A stretch of 32,593 bases of DNA, taken from positions 54,822,510 through 54,855,102 of the forward strand of contig NC_068985.1 in the NCBI RefSeq assembly GCF_001194135.2, in the 5' to 3' direction. This stretch comes from Octopus bimaculoides (Eukaryota). Under the pieces are notes generated by a model, which saw only the letters and a program-made list of their open reading frames with translations, was not told the origin of the DNA and did no database searches. This document shows, piece after piece, positions 22,925 through 32,593 of the stretch. Position numbers and translations under genes: made by a program. Numbering within the stretch: position 1 is the first letter of the stretch; each line of letters opens with the position of its first letter.

Positions 22925-23110
22925 ATATGTGTGTGGCTAAGAACTTTGTTTCTCAACTACAAGGTTTTGGATTCAGTTTCACTGCGTGGTAACTAGGGCA
23001 AGTGTCTTCCTCTATAGCCTCAGGCTGACCTAAGCCTTATGGGTGGATTTGGACAAAAACTGAAAGAAGCCTATCATACATATGTATGTGTATGTGCGTG
23101 TGTGTATTTT
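22925..23110 (+). mobile_element. Family B SINE head plus microsatellite
   Basis: GTGTGGCTAAGAAC...GGGCAAGTGTCTTCC...CTGAAAGAAGCC. Confidence 0.75.
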
Positions 23111-23524
23111 ACTGCGTGTTAGTTGAACTTAGTGCCACCATTGTATTTTCCCTCTTTTTACATATATAGATGATTTATATTCAGTTTTTAATTTAGTTTC
23201 AGCTCACTTGTTATTATGGTCAGTTGTGTTTTCATTCAATTGATTCCTGTTATTTTGAATACTTATAATGCCCTGTCCTATCAGCTTTAAACGTATATTC
23301 ATTGAGTTGCTAAATAATTTTCCCTGCACCCATTTATAGATATTTGTAAACTGTAGTATTCTAAATACTCATGACTGTCTCTGATGATTGGTTACATGAA
23401 ACTCTAACTAACAATATGTAAAGTCTCCACCACTATCTCTCCCCTTTTACTTCCCATACTGATATTTCACATTAAGCTGCACCTCCACTCTTGTTCATCA
23501 CTCACTATAACCACTTCTGTGAAT

Positions 23525-23855
23525 CTGCATGGCTCAGTGATTTGAGTGCCAGGTTCACAATCATGAGGTAGTGAGTTCGATTCCCAGATTGGGCTGTGTG
23601 TTGTGTTCTTGAGCAAGGCACTTTATTTCACATTGCTCTAGTTCATTCAGCTGTAGAAATGAGTAGCGATATCACTGGTGCCAAACTGTATCGGCCCCTT
23701 TACCTTTCCCTTAGATAACATCAGTGGCATGGAGAAGGGAGGCTGGTATGCATAGGCAACTGCTGGTCTTCCATAAAACGTTGCCCAGACTTGTGCCTTG
23801 GAACATAACTTTCTAGGTGCAATCCCATGGTCATTCATGACCATAGGGGGTCTTT
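23525..23855 (+). mobile_element. Family D tRNA-derived SINE
   Basis: TGGCTCAGTG A-box-like and GAGTTCGATTCC B-box-like motifs, followed by GTGTTCTTGAGCAAGGCACTT. Confidence 0.75.
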
Positions 23856-24298
23856 ATAACCACTTCTACCCCCTATCTCTAATGTCTGTTACTCTCTCCT
23901 CATATTCTTGTAAAACTATCCCCTGTATCCCCATTTGAACCACTGTCTGTAATCTCTTGTGTTCTTTGAACGTTTGCTCTAGCACCCCATCACTACTGTC
24001 CACACACACACACACACATACCCACCCTTATATAATATGAGGTAGCCATGCATTTTCTCTAGAGCAAAACGCTTTTGCTTGTCCCTTTATCAAATTTCTT
24101 GGTGTTTATATAAAATGATGAAATCAATACTAACATTTATTACCTTTAAATAAAACAAATTACTCATTTGTTGAACTCTTCTCATAACTACTTTGTCATT
24201 TCCTCCTCCTCCACCTGTCTCTCTCCAATTTATTTCGTAAATATATTTCACATAAAGATCTTAAACATTGAGAATTTTTGCATTGTTTAATTTTACAG

Positions 24299-24421
24299 GA
24301 AAAACTTTTAAAAGACCACCTAATTATCCGTCTACCAAGCAAAGCACAGCCACCATCACCTAACCTACTCTTCCATATTCATGGTGGAGGGTTTGTTGCT
24401 CAGTCTTCAAAGTCCCATGAG
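24299..24421 (+). CDS. LIPE: HSL exon with HGGG oxyanion-hole motif, phase 0-0
   Basis: Acceptor ttttacag and donor gtaaga. Translates as EKLLKDHLIIRLPSKAQPPSPNLLFHIHGGGFVAQSSKSHE, matching HSL HFHGGGFVAQTSRSHE. Confidence 0.95.
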
Positions 24422-24676
24422 GTAAGATTTTTTTTTGACTGACTCTATGTGCTCTTCCATTTTCTGTATTGTTTCTGTGAGGTCCTTCTCACTGTTAACC
24501 CTTTGTTAAATGTGAATGTTGAAACGATGTGGCTGCCTTTTTTGTTTCCATGGAGATTTCTGTTGTTTTCATCATTTTGGGTTTTAGTTTTTTTCTTTGT
24601 GTTTTTGTTTAGTCATGTTTATTTGTTTGTTTTTGTCGTTTGTCTGTAAATATTTTCTTTGTGTTTGGAGTACTCT

Positions 24677-25320
24677 TTAAACCTTTTGAAACCAAACTAT
24701 CTTTTGAGTTTACCCTTGCTTTTAAATAAATAAGTAAATATTAAATAGATAAATTCCTTAGTTAAGCAGTATTTCCCAACACAAAGATATCACAAATCCT
24801 GTAATGCCCATAACATTAAGGTTAGCTATGGACTCGCTCTCTCATGCATACAAAGAGAGGGAGAGAGAGAGAGATTCCATACCTTACTTTGTAATTGCCG
24901 AAATCCTACCAAACTGCTCACCAGGAGAAACACATCTCTCAAAGGCTGTTGGCTATAGAGCTATCTTTACTCTATCCAGTGACACTTCACAGGTGTAACA
25001 GCCAATGTTTTCAAGATAAGATTTATGCAACACATGCAGTCTGTCTAGAGACAGGGAAGATTTAACTTCCTTGACCTGGCTCATCGGTAGACTGCAGGAC
25101 CAAGGAAACAACTTTCCCAACATTATAATATAGAGCATCATTGCTTTCCTGCTTTAAAGTAATCTAAATTAAAATCCTCCATCAAAATTTTATGTTACTT
25201 TCTGTTCTAGACACTAGTTTCATAATGATAGGGTTACTTCACTAAACTCTTCATTATTTTCAAAATCAATTGAAACAAAGAAAATGTAAACCAACAAAAA
25301 CATGGTAAGAAAAGGGTTAA
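24677..25320. mobile_element. piggyBac-type MITE flanked by TTAA at both ends, with another repeat inside
   Basis: TTAA(24677-80)ACCTTTTGAAACC ... GGTAAGAAAAGGGTTAA(25317-20). Homologous to the outer parts of 5763-6162. Confidence 0.75.
24875..25143 (-). repeat. Interspersed repeat, inverted partner of 27560-27855
   Basis: The reverse complement shares CAATGATGCTC, GGAAAGTTG, CATTGGCTGTTA, GTAAAGATAGCT, CAGCCTTTGAGAG and TTTCTCCTG with 27560-27855. Confidence 0.75.
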
Positions 25321-25491
25321 ATGTGTGTGGTCATTTCTCTTGTGTTTTCTTTTTAATGCAGGTTTATGTGTTTAGTATGTGTGTGTTGTGGTGCTTTTGT
25401 TGGTTCATATTATGTCATCTATTGGTTATTTTATTTTAAGTTCAAGGAGTTGTCCTATTTCTATTATTTTTCTAATGTACATTTTCTAATG

Positions 25492-25587
25492 TACATTGAA
25501 AACTAATGCTGGATTTACTTTACATCTACTGATAAGTTATTTACTTCATGTTTAAGACTGGTCTTATTTACATTACATTAACCCTTT
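25492..25587 (+). repeat. 96-bp direct repeat, copy 1
   Basis: Two mismatches relative to 26240-26335. Confidence 0.95.
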
Positions 25588-25676
25588 GCTTATGTATTTG
25601 GATTTTACTTGCTTATTTCTTTTTTAGAACATGTACCTTTCTTTTATATGTGAGTCAGATATATTACTGCACATTA

Positions 25677-25910
25677 AAAGGCAGCGAGCTGACAGAAACA
25701 TTAGCATGCCGGGCGAAATGCTTAGCAGTATTTCGTCTGCCGTTACGTTCTGAGTTCAAATTCCGCCGAGGTCGACTTTGCCTTTTATCCTTTCGGGGTC
25801 GATAAATTAAGTACCAGTTACGCACTGGGGTCGATTTGATCGACTTAATCCGTTTTTCTGTCCTTGTTTGTCCCCTCTATGTTTAGCCCCTTGTGGGCAA
25901 TAACGAAAAA
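25677..25910 (+). mobile_element. Young full-length family A SINE with a perfect 20-bp target-site duplication
   Basis: The TSD AGATATATTACTGCACATTA is at 25657-25676 and 25911-25930. The body is CpG-rich, with an intact B-box-like GAGTTCAAATTCC. Confidence 0.95.
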
Positions 25911-26034
25911 AGATATATTACTGCACATTAGAAGATTAAAACCTCAAGTATGTTGTGCACTGGCCCAATGTCCTTTATCCTCCCTTTCGTTATCAATATT
26001 GTCATTGTTAATTTATTCTTACTGATCTTTCTAG

Positions 26035-26179
26035 GTTTACCTCCGTCAATGGGCTCATGACCTCAAAGTGCCAATTGTGTCTGTAGATTATTCTCTGGCA
26101 CCAGAAAACCCATTTCCACGAGCTTTAGAAGAATGTTTTTATCTTTATGCTTGGGTTTTGAAAAATCCTGAACAAGTTG
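26035..26179 (+). CDS. LIPE: HSL exon, phase 0-1
   Basis: Acceptor ttctag and donor gtatgt. Translates as [48 protein letters not shown](G), matching [23 protein letters not shown]. Confidence 0.95.
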
Positions 26180-26239
26180 GTATGTATAAAAATAGAAATT
26201 TTGCTACAATTAAAGTTTTTAGTTTTAAAAATTATTCAT

Positions 26240-26335
26240 TACATTGAAAACTCATGCTGGATTTACTTTACATCTACTGATAAGTTATTTACTTCACGTT
26301 TAAGACTGGTCTTATTTACATTACATTAACCCTTT
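26240..26335 (+). repeat. 96-bp direct repeat, copy 2 (overlaps the start of a MITE)
   Basis: Offset by 748 bp from copy 1. Confidence 0.95.
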
Positions 26336-26565
26336 TACTGTAGAAACCAGAGAGATCCACTGGAAATTCACCATGGAAAACAGTTTTATATACCAATGTA
26401 TCTTTTGTTGAGGAATATCATGTTTGAAATTATTTTTTGTTCAAATATGTCAAGTTTATCGAGGCAAAGTGACTTTCCAGAAAATACGGATTCTATTTTT
26501 TTGGTAGATATTTAACATCATTACTGGAATAAGCATGACATTTATTTCATAGTTAAAAGGTTAAA
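26326..26565. mobile_element. 240-bp piggyBac-type MITE with TTAA ends
   Basis: TTAACCCTTTTACTGT ... ATAGTTAAAAGGGTTAA inverted termini. Confidence 0.7.
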
Positions 26566-26903
26566 GACTCGGCTCCACATTATGCAAAATTTTAGAGGTG
26601 CATTTGAGCTACTATTTCTTCAGATGCAAATTTGAAGATGGCTTTTAACACTACAATCCCAGATAATTATATTCATGCTAATACAGAGAGAGAGAATTTA
26701 TGCTTATGCTTTGGTAGTTGATGACCTGTAGGAATTGAGAAGTTAGTGATGACAGATAGTAATAATGATGAGAGAAATGTAGCAATGTAAGTGGTCTGGC
26801 AGTGTCAGGATACATATCGGTTTAAGTGTCAAGTGTAGCTGTGTATGGTATATAATATATGTATATATATATATATGTACTGCACAGTTTATAAATCTTT
26901 ATT

Positions 26904-26944
<41 letters not shown>

Positions 26945-27559
26945 TGAGAGACAGAGAGAGAGAAAACAGTATATGGTTGAATATGGTATAATTGTAGCTG
27001 GATACTGCTGGGCCATGATGATGGAACATTATCATCATTCATTGTGGCGCACCAGTACCCATCTAGAAATACAGCACACAACAACTTTGATATGTTAATG
27101 GGTGCAGAGCTAAGCAGAAATGTAGAAAGAATAAAAATGGAAAATAATTTCACTATGAACAAGTGGAGACTGTTTACTCTTTAATTGTGCATGAGCCAGC
27201 TAGCACTAAGGTGGTCTTTACAGAATATCAATGACCAATAGTTTGAAGTTCATTAACAAGATGTATATGTAGTGACAACAACAGGTTTGATCAGTGTTCC
27301 TGTTGATGGATATTGTAGCATAAGATTTCCAGACAATGGACATGAGTTGGACTAAGAACAGTAATAAACAAGTGAAGAACGAATATATAATGTGTGTGTT
27401 TGTTTGGTGGGAAAAAATAAATGACCATCCTGAAATACAACAATGTCTGTTTCAACACACAACTTCACATCAAGAATCTTGCAACACAAATTCATAAATG
27501 TAAAGTAGTATATACAGTTTCTCATGAATATAGAGTTTGGCAGTCACAAGCTCTTGGGG

Positions 27560-27855
27560 AGACAAGAAAGGTACTGTCAATGATGCTCCATATGATGTTT
27601 GGAAAGTTGGTTCCTTGATCGAGGAGTTTCCAGTTGAGCTAGGACAGGGAGGTTAAGTTTCCTTATCTCTACACTAGAAGGAGTGCATATATTGTGTAAA
27701 TCATTGGCTGTTATACATGTCAAGTACCTTGTAATATCATTGGATACTGTAAAGATAGCTTGTATATAGCACACAGCCTTTGAGAGGCACATTTCTCCTG
27801 ATGAGTAGTTGGTGGGATTTCAGAAGTTTCAGGGTAAGGTATAGGATGGACTCTG
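27560..27855 (+). repeat. Interspersed repeat, inverted partner of 24875-25143
   Basis: See the partner feature. Confidence 0.75.
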
Positions 27856-28029
27856 TGTGTGTGTGTGTATGTATCTACACATAGCTAACATTAATGTTAT
27901 GAGCATTACAGAATTCATGATACTTATGTATGCTTGGGAAATGTTGTTTCATTAGGAAAGGGAAATTTCTAGGTTAGTGGATGCATCAAAAGTGCATGGA
28001 GGATTGAACCAGATCACCTTTCTCTTTTT

Positions 28030-28260
28030 AACTCACTGGGGTAAGGACCTTAATTTATGAGTAAAGCCACTTCTTACTAGTGCCTTGTTGAAGGTCTTTC
28101 TGCTGATGCTTGTGACTAGGTTTCTAATTACAGCTGATGGTGACTGATTTGAGTTTCTATAGATGTAAGCAGTTTCATTATTACATTTTCTGTAGGGATA
28201 ATATTTACCTGTCCAGAGGTCTAGGATGGCATCTAAGAAGTTGACATTGGATAAGTTTGG
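28030..28260 (-). mobile_element. Old PLE RT C-terminal (palm end/thumb) fragment
   Basis: NLSNVNFLDAILDLWTGKYYPYRKCNNETAYIYRNSNQSP...FNKALVRSGF resembles the PLE motif VNFLDVTLxLxxGxYxPYRKPNxxxxYIxxxSNHPP. Confidence 0.75.
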
Positions 28261-28354
28261 TGGAAACAACCATACTCAGGCCATTTTCTCATGTTTGTAA
28301 ACACATATGCATATATGTATATATATTTTACTATTGTGTTATTTATTTTCCTAG

Positions 28355-28573
28355 GTTGGACTGGAGAGAGAATCTGCTTTACTGGTGACAGTGCTGGTGG
28401 AAATCTGGTTTTGGCGGTGACACTGCGTGCCATTGACTCTAATATTCGTATCCCAGATGGAATCCTAACTGTATACACATCAGCACTAATCAGTATAGTT
28501 CCATCCCCATCTCGTCTACTTAGTGTTATGGATCCATTGCTACCTGTTGGTGTCATGCTCAAATGTTTAGATG
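28355..28573 (+). CDS. LIPE: HSL exon with catalytic Ser (GDSAG; Ser codon 28390-28392), phase 1-1
   Basis: Acceptor ttcctag and donor gtaaga. Translates as (G)WTGERICFTGDSAGGNLVLAVTLRAIDSNIRIPDGIL...PSPSRLLSVMDPLLPVGVMLKCLD. Confidence 0.96.
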
Positions 28574-28734
28574 GTAAGAAATACTTTGAAATACTTAATA
28601 GATTCGTATTTCCTTAGTTTAAACATCTTTCTATAACTGGTAAGCCTTAACAGATTAAGGAAAATATAAAGCAGTCCTTATTTGTGTGTGTGTGTGAGAG
28701 TGAGTGTATGTGTGAGTGTGTGTATCTATATGTA

Positions 28735-28935
28735 TAGGTGGAGGTGTGGCAACACGGTTAAATAATTTGCTTCTGAAACACATGGTTTCAGGTTCAGTCC
28801 TACTGTGTTGATATTTTGGTGCCACACACTAGCACTGAAAGCAGTAGGATTGTGGTAGAAGTGTTTTCTACTATAGCCCCAGGTTGATCAAAGTCTTGTG
28901 AAAAGATTAGGTTGACAGAAGCTGAAAGAAGCCTA
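28735..28935 (+). mobile_element. Family B SINE head, degenerate
   Basis: GGTTCAGTCC and GTGTTTTCTACTATAGCCCCAGG...CTGAAAGAAGCC. Confidence 0.7.
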
Positions 28936-28943
28936 TAATAAAT

Positions 28944-29850
28944 GTGTCCCATAAAGCTAGGGATATAGAAACACTGTGTCCTGTAGAACTGAGGCCATAA
29001 TAGCCTGAAGAGTGAAACCTGTCAAAACATTGTGCCCCATAGAAACACTGTGACCTGTAGAGCAACGGCTATAAAACTTTGATCCAAACAACTAAGGTGA
29101 TAGAAACTGTAACCCATAGAGTTCAGACTATAAAACAGTGTATTCCATAGAGCCAAAACTTAAGAACATGTATCGCTTTGTGCTGAGCCTTATTGGGCTA
29201 AAGCTGTAGGAGATCTTGATCCATAGAGCTAAGGTTATAGAGACAATGTGTCCTATAGAACTGGAGTCATAGAACACTGTTCTGTAGAGGTAAGCCTATA
29301 GAAAACTATGTCTCTTAGAGCTAATGCAATAAAATTCATGTCCCATAGAGTTCAGGCTACAGAAAAACTTACTCAGAAGAGCTAAGGCTGTAGAAAAACT
29401 GTCTTGTAGAATTACATAGAACTGTCTTGTAGAATTACATAGAACTGTCTTGTAGAATTACATAGAACTGTCTTGTAGAATTACATAGAACTGTCTTGTA
29501 GAATTACAAAGAACTGTCTTGTAGAATTACATAGAACTGTCTTGTAGAATTACATAGAACTGTCTTGTAGAATTACATAGTCCTATAGGGCTAAGCCTGT
29601 ACAATACTGTGTCCCATAGACTATAAAATCACTGTGTTTCATAGGCCTAAGGTTAGAGAAATTGCATCAGAGCACTAAGGCTGCAGAACACTGCTCCATA
29701 GAGCTATGGGTATAGAAACTATGTCCTATAGAGCTAAGATGATAACAAAACTGTTCCATAGACCTAAAACTTTAGAACAGTGTGTTCTGAAGAGCTAACT
29801 GTCTGTTGTATATTGCAAAGGCCATACAAACTAAGGCTATAGATATAGTG
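28944..29850. repeat. Old degenerate minisatellite of about 31-bp units (CCATAGAGCTAAGGCTATAGAAACACTGTGT-like)
   Basis: CCATAGA / GCTAAGG / TATAGAAA motifs recur throughout. The period was estimated by eye. Confidence 0.75.
29399..29580. repeat. Near-perfect 23-bp tandem array, about 8 copies (CTGTCTTGTAGAATTACATAGAA)
   Basis: Unit starts at 29399, 29422, 29445, 29468, 29491, 29514, 29537 and 29560, with one T>A variant. Confidence 0.97.
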
Positions 29851-29909
29851 CTGCATGAATGTTCTTTAGTAACAACACTATCATTAATAAAAATCTTAAT
29901 ATTTTTCAG

Positions 29910-30114
29910 CCTACATTGGAACAAGTACTGTCTCTAGTGACTATTGCAACCAACCAGTTCTGGAAGAAGACTGTGAAACTCCTTCAACAGAGAAAGATGA
30001 TGATTCTTTGGACAATTCTAGAAAAATCAAAGAGGTTAACAGTTACGATTGTGAAACTTCTGAATCTTTATCTTCAGATTTGACTGAATTCTTTTCTCCT
30101 GATGACAGTGATGA

Positions 30115-30148
<34 letters not shown>

Positions 30149-30487
30149 GGTGGTGATGATCAAAAGACAAATTCACATCTCCCTAAACAGTATTTACCTC
30201 ATGATTCTTACTATATTCCCGGGGCTGACTTACCTCTTTCATCTGCTTCATCTCCTGGTCATGTGCCTCATCCTGATGGTCAGCTACCCCGCAGCCTTTC
30301 TACTCCAGTATTCAACAAAACTGAAAATGTTCATCTTCGACCCCCACATCATTCTTCCTTTGATTCTTCTAATGTACAATCAGCCATGGAACGGTTCCTC
30401 AAACTGACTCTCATCCAAAATCCTTTAGTCTCCCCTATATATGCCACTGACAAACAGCTCCAAATGTTCCCTGAGGTCAGCTTAGTG
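29910..30487 (+). CDS. LIPE: HSL exon encoding the regulatory insertion and the return to the catalytic domain, phase 1-0
   Basis: Acceptor tttttcag and donor gtaagt. Open for 578 nt in the required phase, from (A)YIGTSTV... through an acidic/Ser-rich region to ...IQNPLVSPIYATDKQLQMFPEVSLV (HSL KNPFMSP motif). Confidence 0.92.
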
Positions 30488-30537
30488 GTAAGTACAAGCA
30501 AAACTTTTTATAAAAGTGTTTTTCTCTTTATATATAG

Positions 30538-30580
<43 letters not shown>

Positions 30581-31099
30581 TGCATATATATATATATATA
30601 CATGAGTATATATATATATATATATATGCATACACATATATTTAATATAAGAGGCATACATGAGCTACTTCAAGTTTCTACTTTGTGCAGTAATCAGCTG
30701 GGCTTGTATAGCACACTGTGCATGATCAGTACACTATACAAGCCCATCTGATCTAACCATGAAACTTTAAGTAGCTCGTTTATAACTCCTGTATTGACTA
30801 AATGATATTTCTCTCTTGTGGAATGGAGTGTTTTTTTTTTTTTTGGCTGATCCTATCAACAAGCTAACTATATGTCTTTCTCAATAAATGAGTGACAAAA
30901 TAAAAAGAGTTATATAATCACTAAGTGTATGCTATAAATAAGTGTGTACCCTGAGCTGAGTGCCAATGTGACATCCTATAGCTTCCTCGGAGCCATTCGT
31001 TAAATGATTTTACACTCTATACTGGTCTGATGGTTTACTGTAAAGTATAAGTATGATGACGTTTAACCAACTGGTTATTAATATTTCTATGGCTAAATG

Positions 31100-31135
<36 letters not shown>

Positions 31136-31391
31136 AAAGGAACTGCTTTTCTTTCAGACATTATACATTAAAGACACAACTATATTTTAATCTTTTTTTT
31201 TCATTAGATTTTTTCCCAAGTTTCCTGATTAGTTATTTAGTCTAGTACAATACTTTTCCTAAATCTGTTAACATTTCAAGACTTCCTTGGTCTCATCATC
31301 AGAACAAAGTGAACTTGCTCTCATGCTTTGCTGTAGCTTGCAAAGGATCATGGGAATACTGTTTTAACTGATAAAATTGTCCATGCCAGGT

Positions 31392-31580
31392 TTTAGCATG
31401 CCGGGCAAAATGTTTAGTGGTATTTCATCTGTCTTTATGTTGAATTCAAATGCTGTCAAGGTTGGCTTTGCCTTTCATCCTTTCAGGGTTGATAGTATAA
31501 GTACCAGTTGATCATTGGGGTCAATGCAATCAACTTATGCCCTCCTCCAAAATTTCAGGTCATAATAGAAAGGATTGTTT
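31392..31580 (+). mobile_element. 5'-clipped family A SINE
   Basis: TTAGCATGCCGGGCAAAATG...GCCTTTCATCCTTTCAGGGTTGATAG...AATTTCAGG...AGAAAGGATT. Confidence 0.8.
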
Positions 31581-32195
31581 ATACAGCAGTTAAGTTCTGA
31601 TAGATTTAAAAATTTATTTTGCATGTGATATATCTATGTGTTGAGTTTTGGTTTGTATTTTTTATAACAAACCAATATTATTTTTTTAGAATATGTCTGT
31701 CCCTGTCTCATATTAGGGATATTCAGCAGCTATTATGTAATTGTGATGGCAATTTGGTAAAACACATTCAAGTTCTATAAAGCATTGAATACCATACTTT
31801 TTTCTGTATTTTATTAATACTATGACGTGGCTCATATTCCACTAGCCTGTCCTTAGGTGATGTTCCATATCATATACAGGAGTGGAGTGAGGGACACACT
31901 GTTAAGCCTGAATTTTGGTTATGTGTTGCACTTCACAACACAGATTCTCTATATATGCACATATGTTATAGACATATGTGTGTGTGTGAACATTTCATTG
32001 TTGTTTATCTCTAGAATGCTAATTGCTTTTGTTGCTTTCTTGTGCTGAGTCTGAAATTTGGTTACTCGTCATTCTTCACAGTGCATATATTCTCTGTATA
32101 CATACTTACATTACACACACACACAGAGGTATGTGTGTGAGTGTGAACATTTTCAGCTTATCTCTACAGTGTTGTTTTTGTTTCTTTATCTGCAG

Positions 32196-32393
32196 ACATG
32201 TCACCTTGATCCCCTGCTTGATGATTCTGTGATGTTGTGCAAGAGACTGAGACAACTTGGTAAAACTGCTGACTTCACGGTTCTGGACGATCTCCCTCAT
32301 GGATTCCTCAATTTTGTCCTTGTCAGTAAAGACGCACGACAGGGTTCAAATGTGTGTGTTGAAAAGTTGCGCAAATTGTTTAATCTCATCTAA
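32196..32393 (+). CDS. LIPE: HSL terminal coding exon with catalytic Asp (32208-32210) and His (32298-32300); TAA stop
   Basis: Acceptor tctgcag. Translates as TCHLDPLLDDSVMLCKRLRQLG...DDLPHGFLNF...KLFNLI*, matching HSL LDPMLDDSVML and DLPHGFL. Confidence 0.96.
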   Translation, partial: TCHLDPLLDDSVMLCKRLRQLGKTADFTVLDDLPHGFLNFVLVSKDARQGSNVCVEKLRKLFNLI

Positions 32394-32593
32394 TCTGTTT
32401 TGATTGGCTTGTTTGTTAATACTGTAAAAAAAAAAAAAATCAACTTATAATGGATGAGGTGTGGGCATGGAAATACACACAGAGGCTGGGGTTGGGTTGG
32501 GCTGGGCAATGGCAGATGTTGTGTACAGTCTCTGTCTGATAATTCTACAGTCTCTGTCTTTACGAAACCGGTTATTTTGTATGAAACAATTAT

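Noticed and set aside
25677-25760. SINE heads (also 17262 and 23525) as tRNA genes
   Set aside because: A/B-box-like motifs are present, but I found no cloverleaf, and they continue into SINE bodies with tails and TSDs.
28233-28562. 109-aa minus-strand ORF
   Set aside because: It is antisense to the HSL catalytic-Ser exon.
29005-29023. CTGAAGA-GT-GAAAC-CT-GTC hammerhead-like string
   Set aside because: There is no room for stem II and no stem I; it is a chance match inside the degenerate minisatellite.
30008-30751. 247-aa ORF as a standalone gene
   Set aside because: It is the HSL exon 29910-30487 read through the gtaagt donor into an intronic microsatellite.

Overview
AT-rich, repeat-dense eukaryotic DNA with two assembly gaps. 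The microsatellite load and the tRNA-derived SINE families suggest an octopus (coleoid cephalopod) genome, which is an inference. The only recognisable host gene is a hormone-sensitive lipase (LIPE/HSL) homologue on the + strand. It has six spliced coding exons from 22663 to 32393 (483 codons plus stop), with the HGGG oxyanion motif and an intact Ser/Asp/His triad; its N-terminal exons were not found in the window. The rest is non-coding: several modular SINE families, piggyBac-type MITEs with TTAA ends, a decayed mariner, R4/Dong and RTE LINE fragments, Penelope-like element (PLE) remnants, and two minisatellites. The most notable region is 15.3-18.9 kb, which holds four type I hammerhead-ribozyme motifs of two families. 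One family is a direct tandem pair 715 nt apart, resembling a retrozyme. The other is an inverted pair carried in the ~350-bp pseudo-LTRs of a PLE whose ORF is a stop-free, in-frame fusion of the RT N-terminus to the GIY-YIG C-terminus. Three of the four motifs lie on the same strand as the lipase gene. All structures were paired by eye, and no folding or database searches were run.
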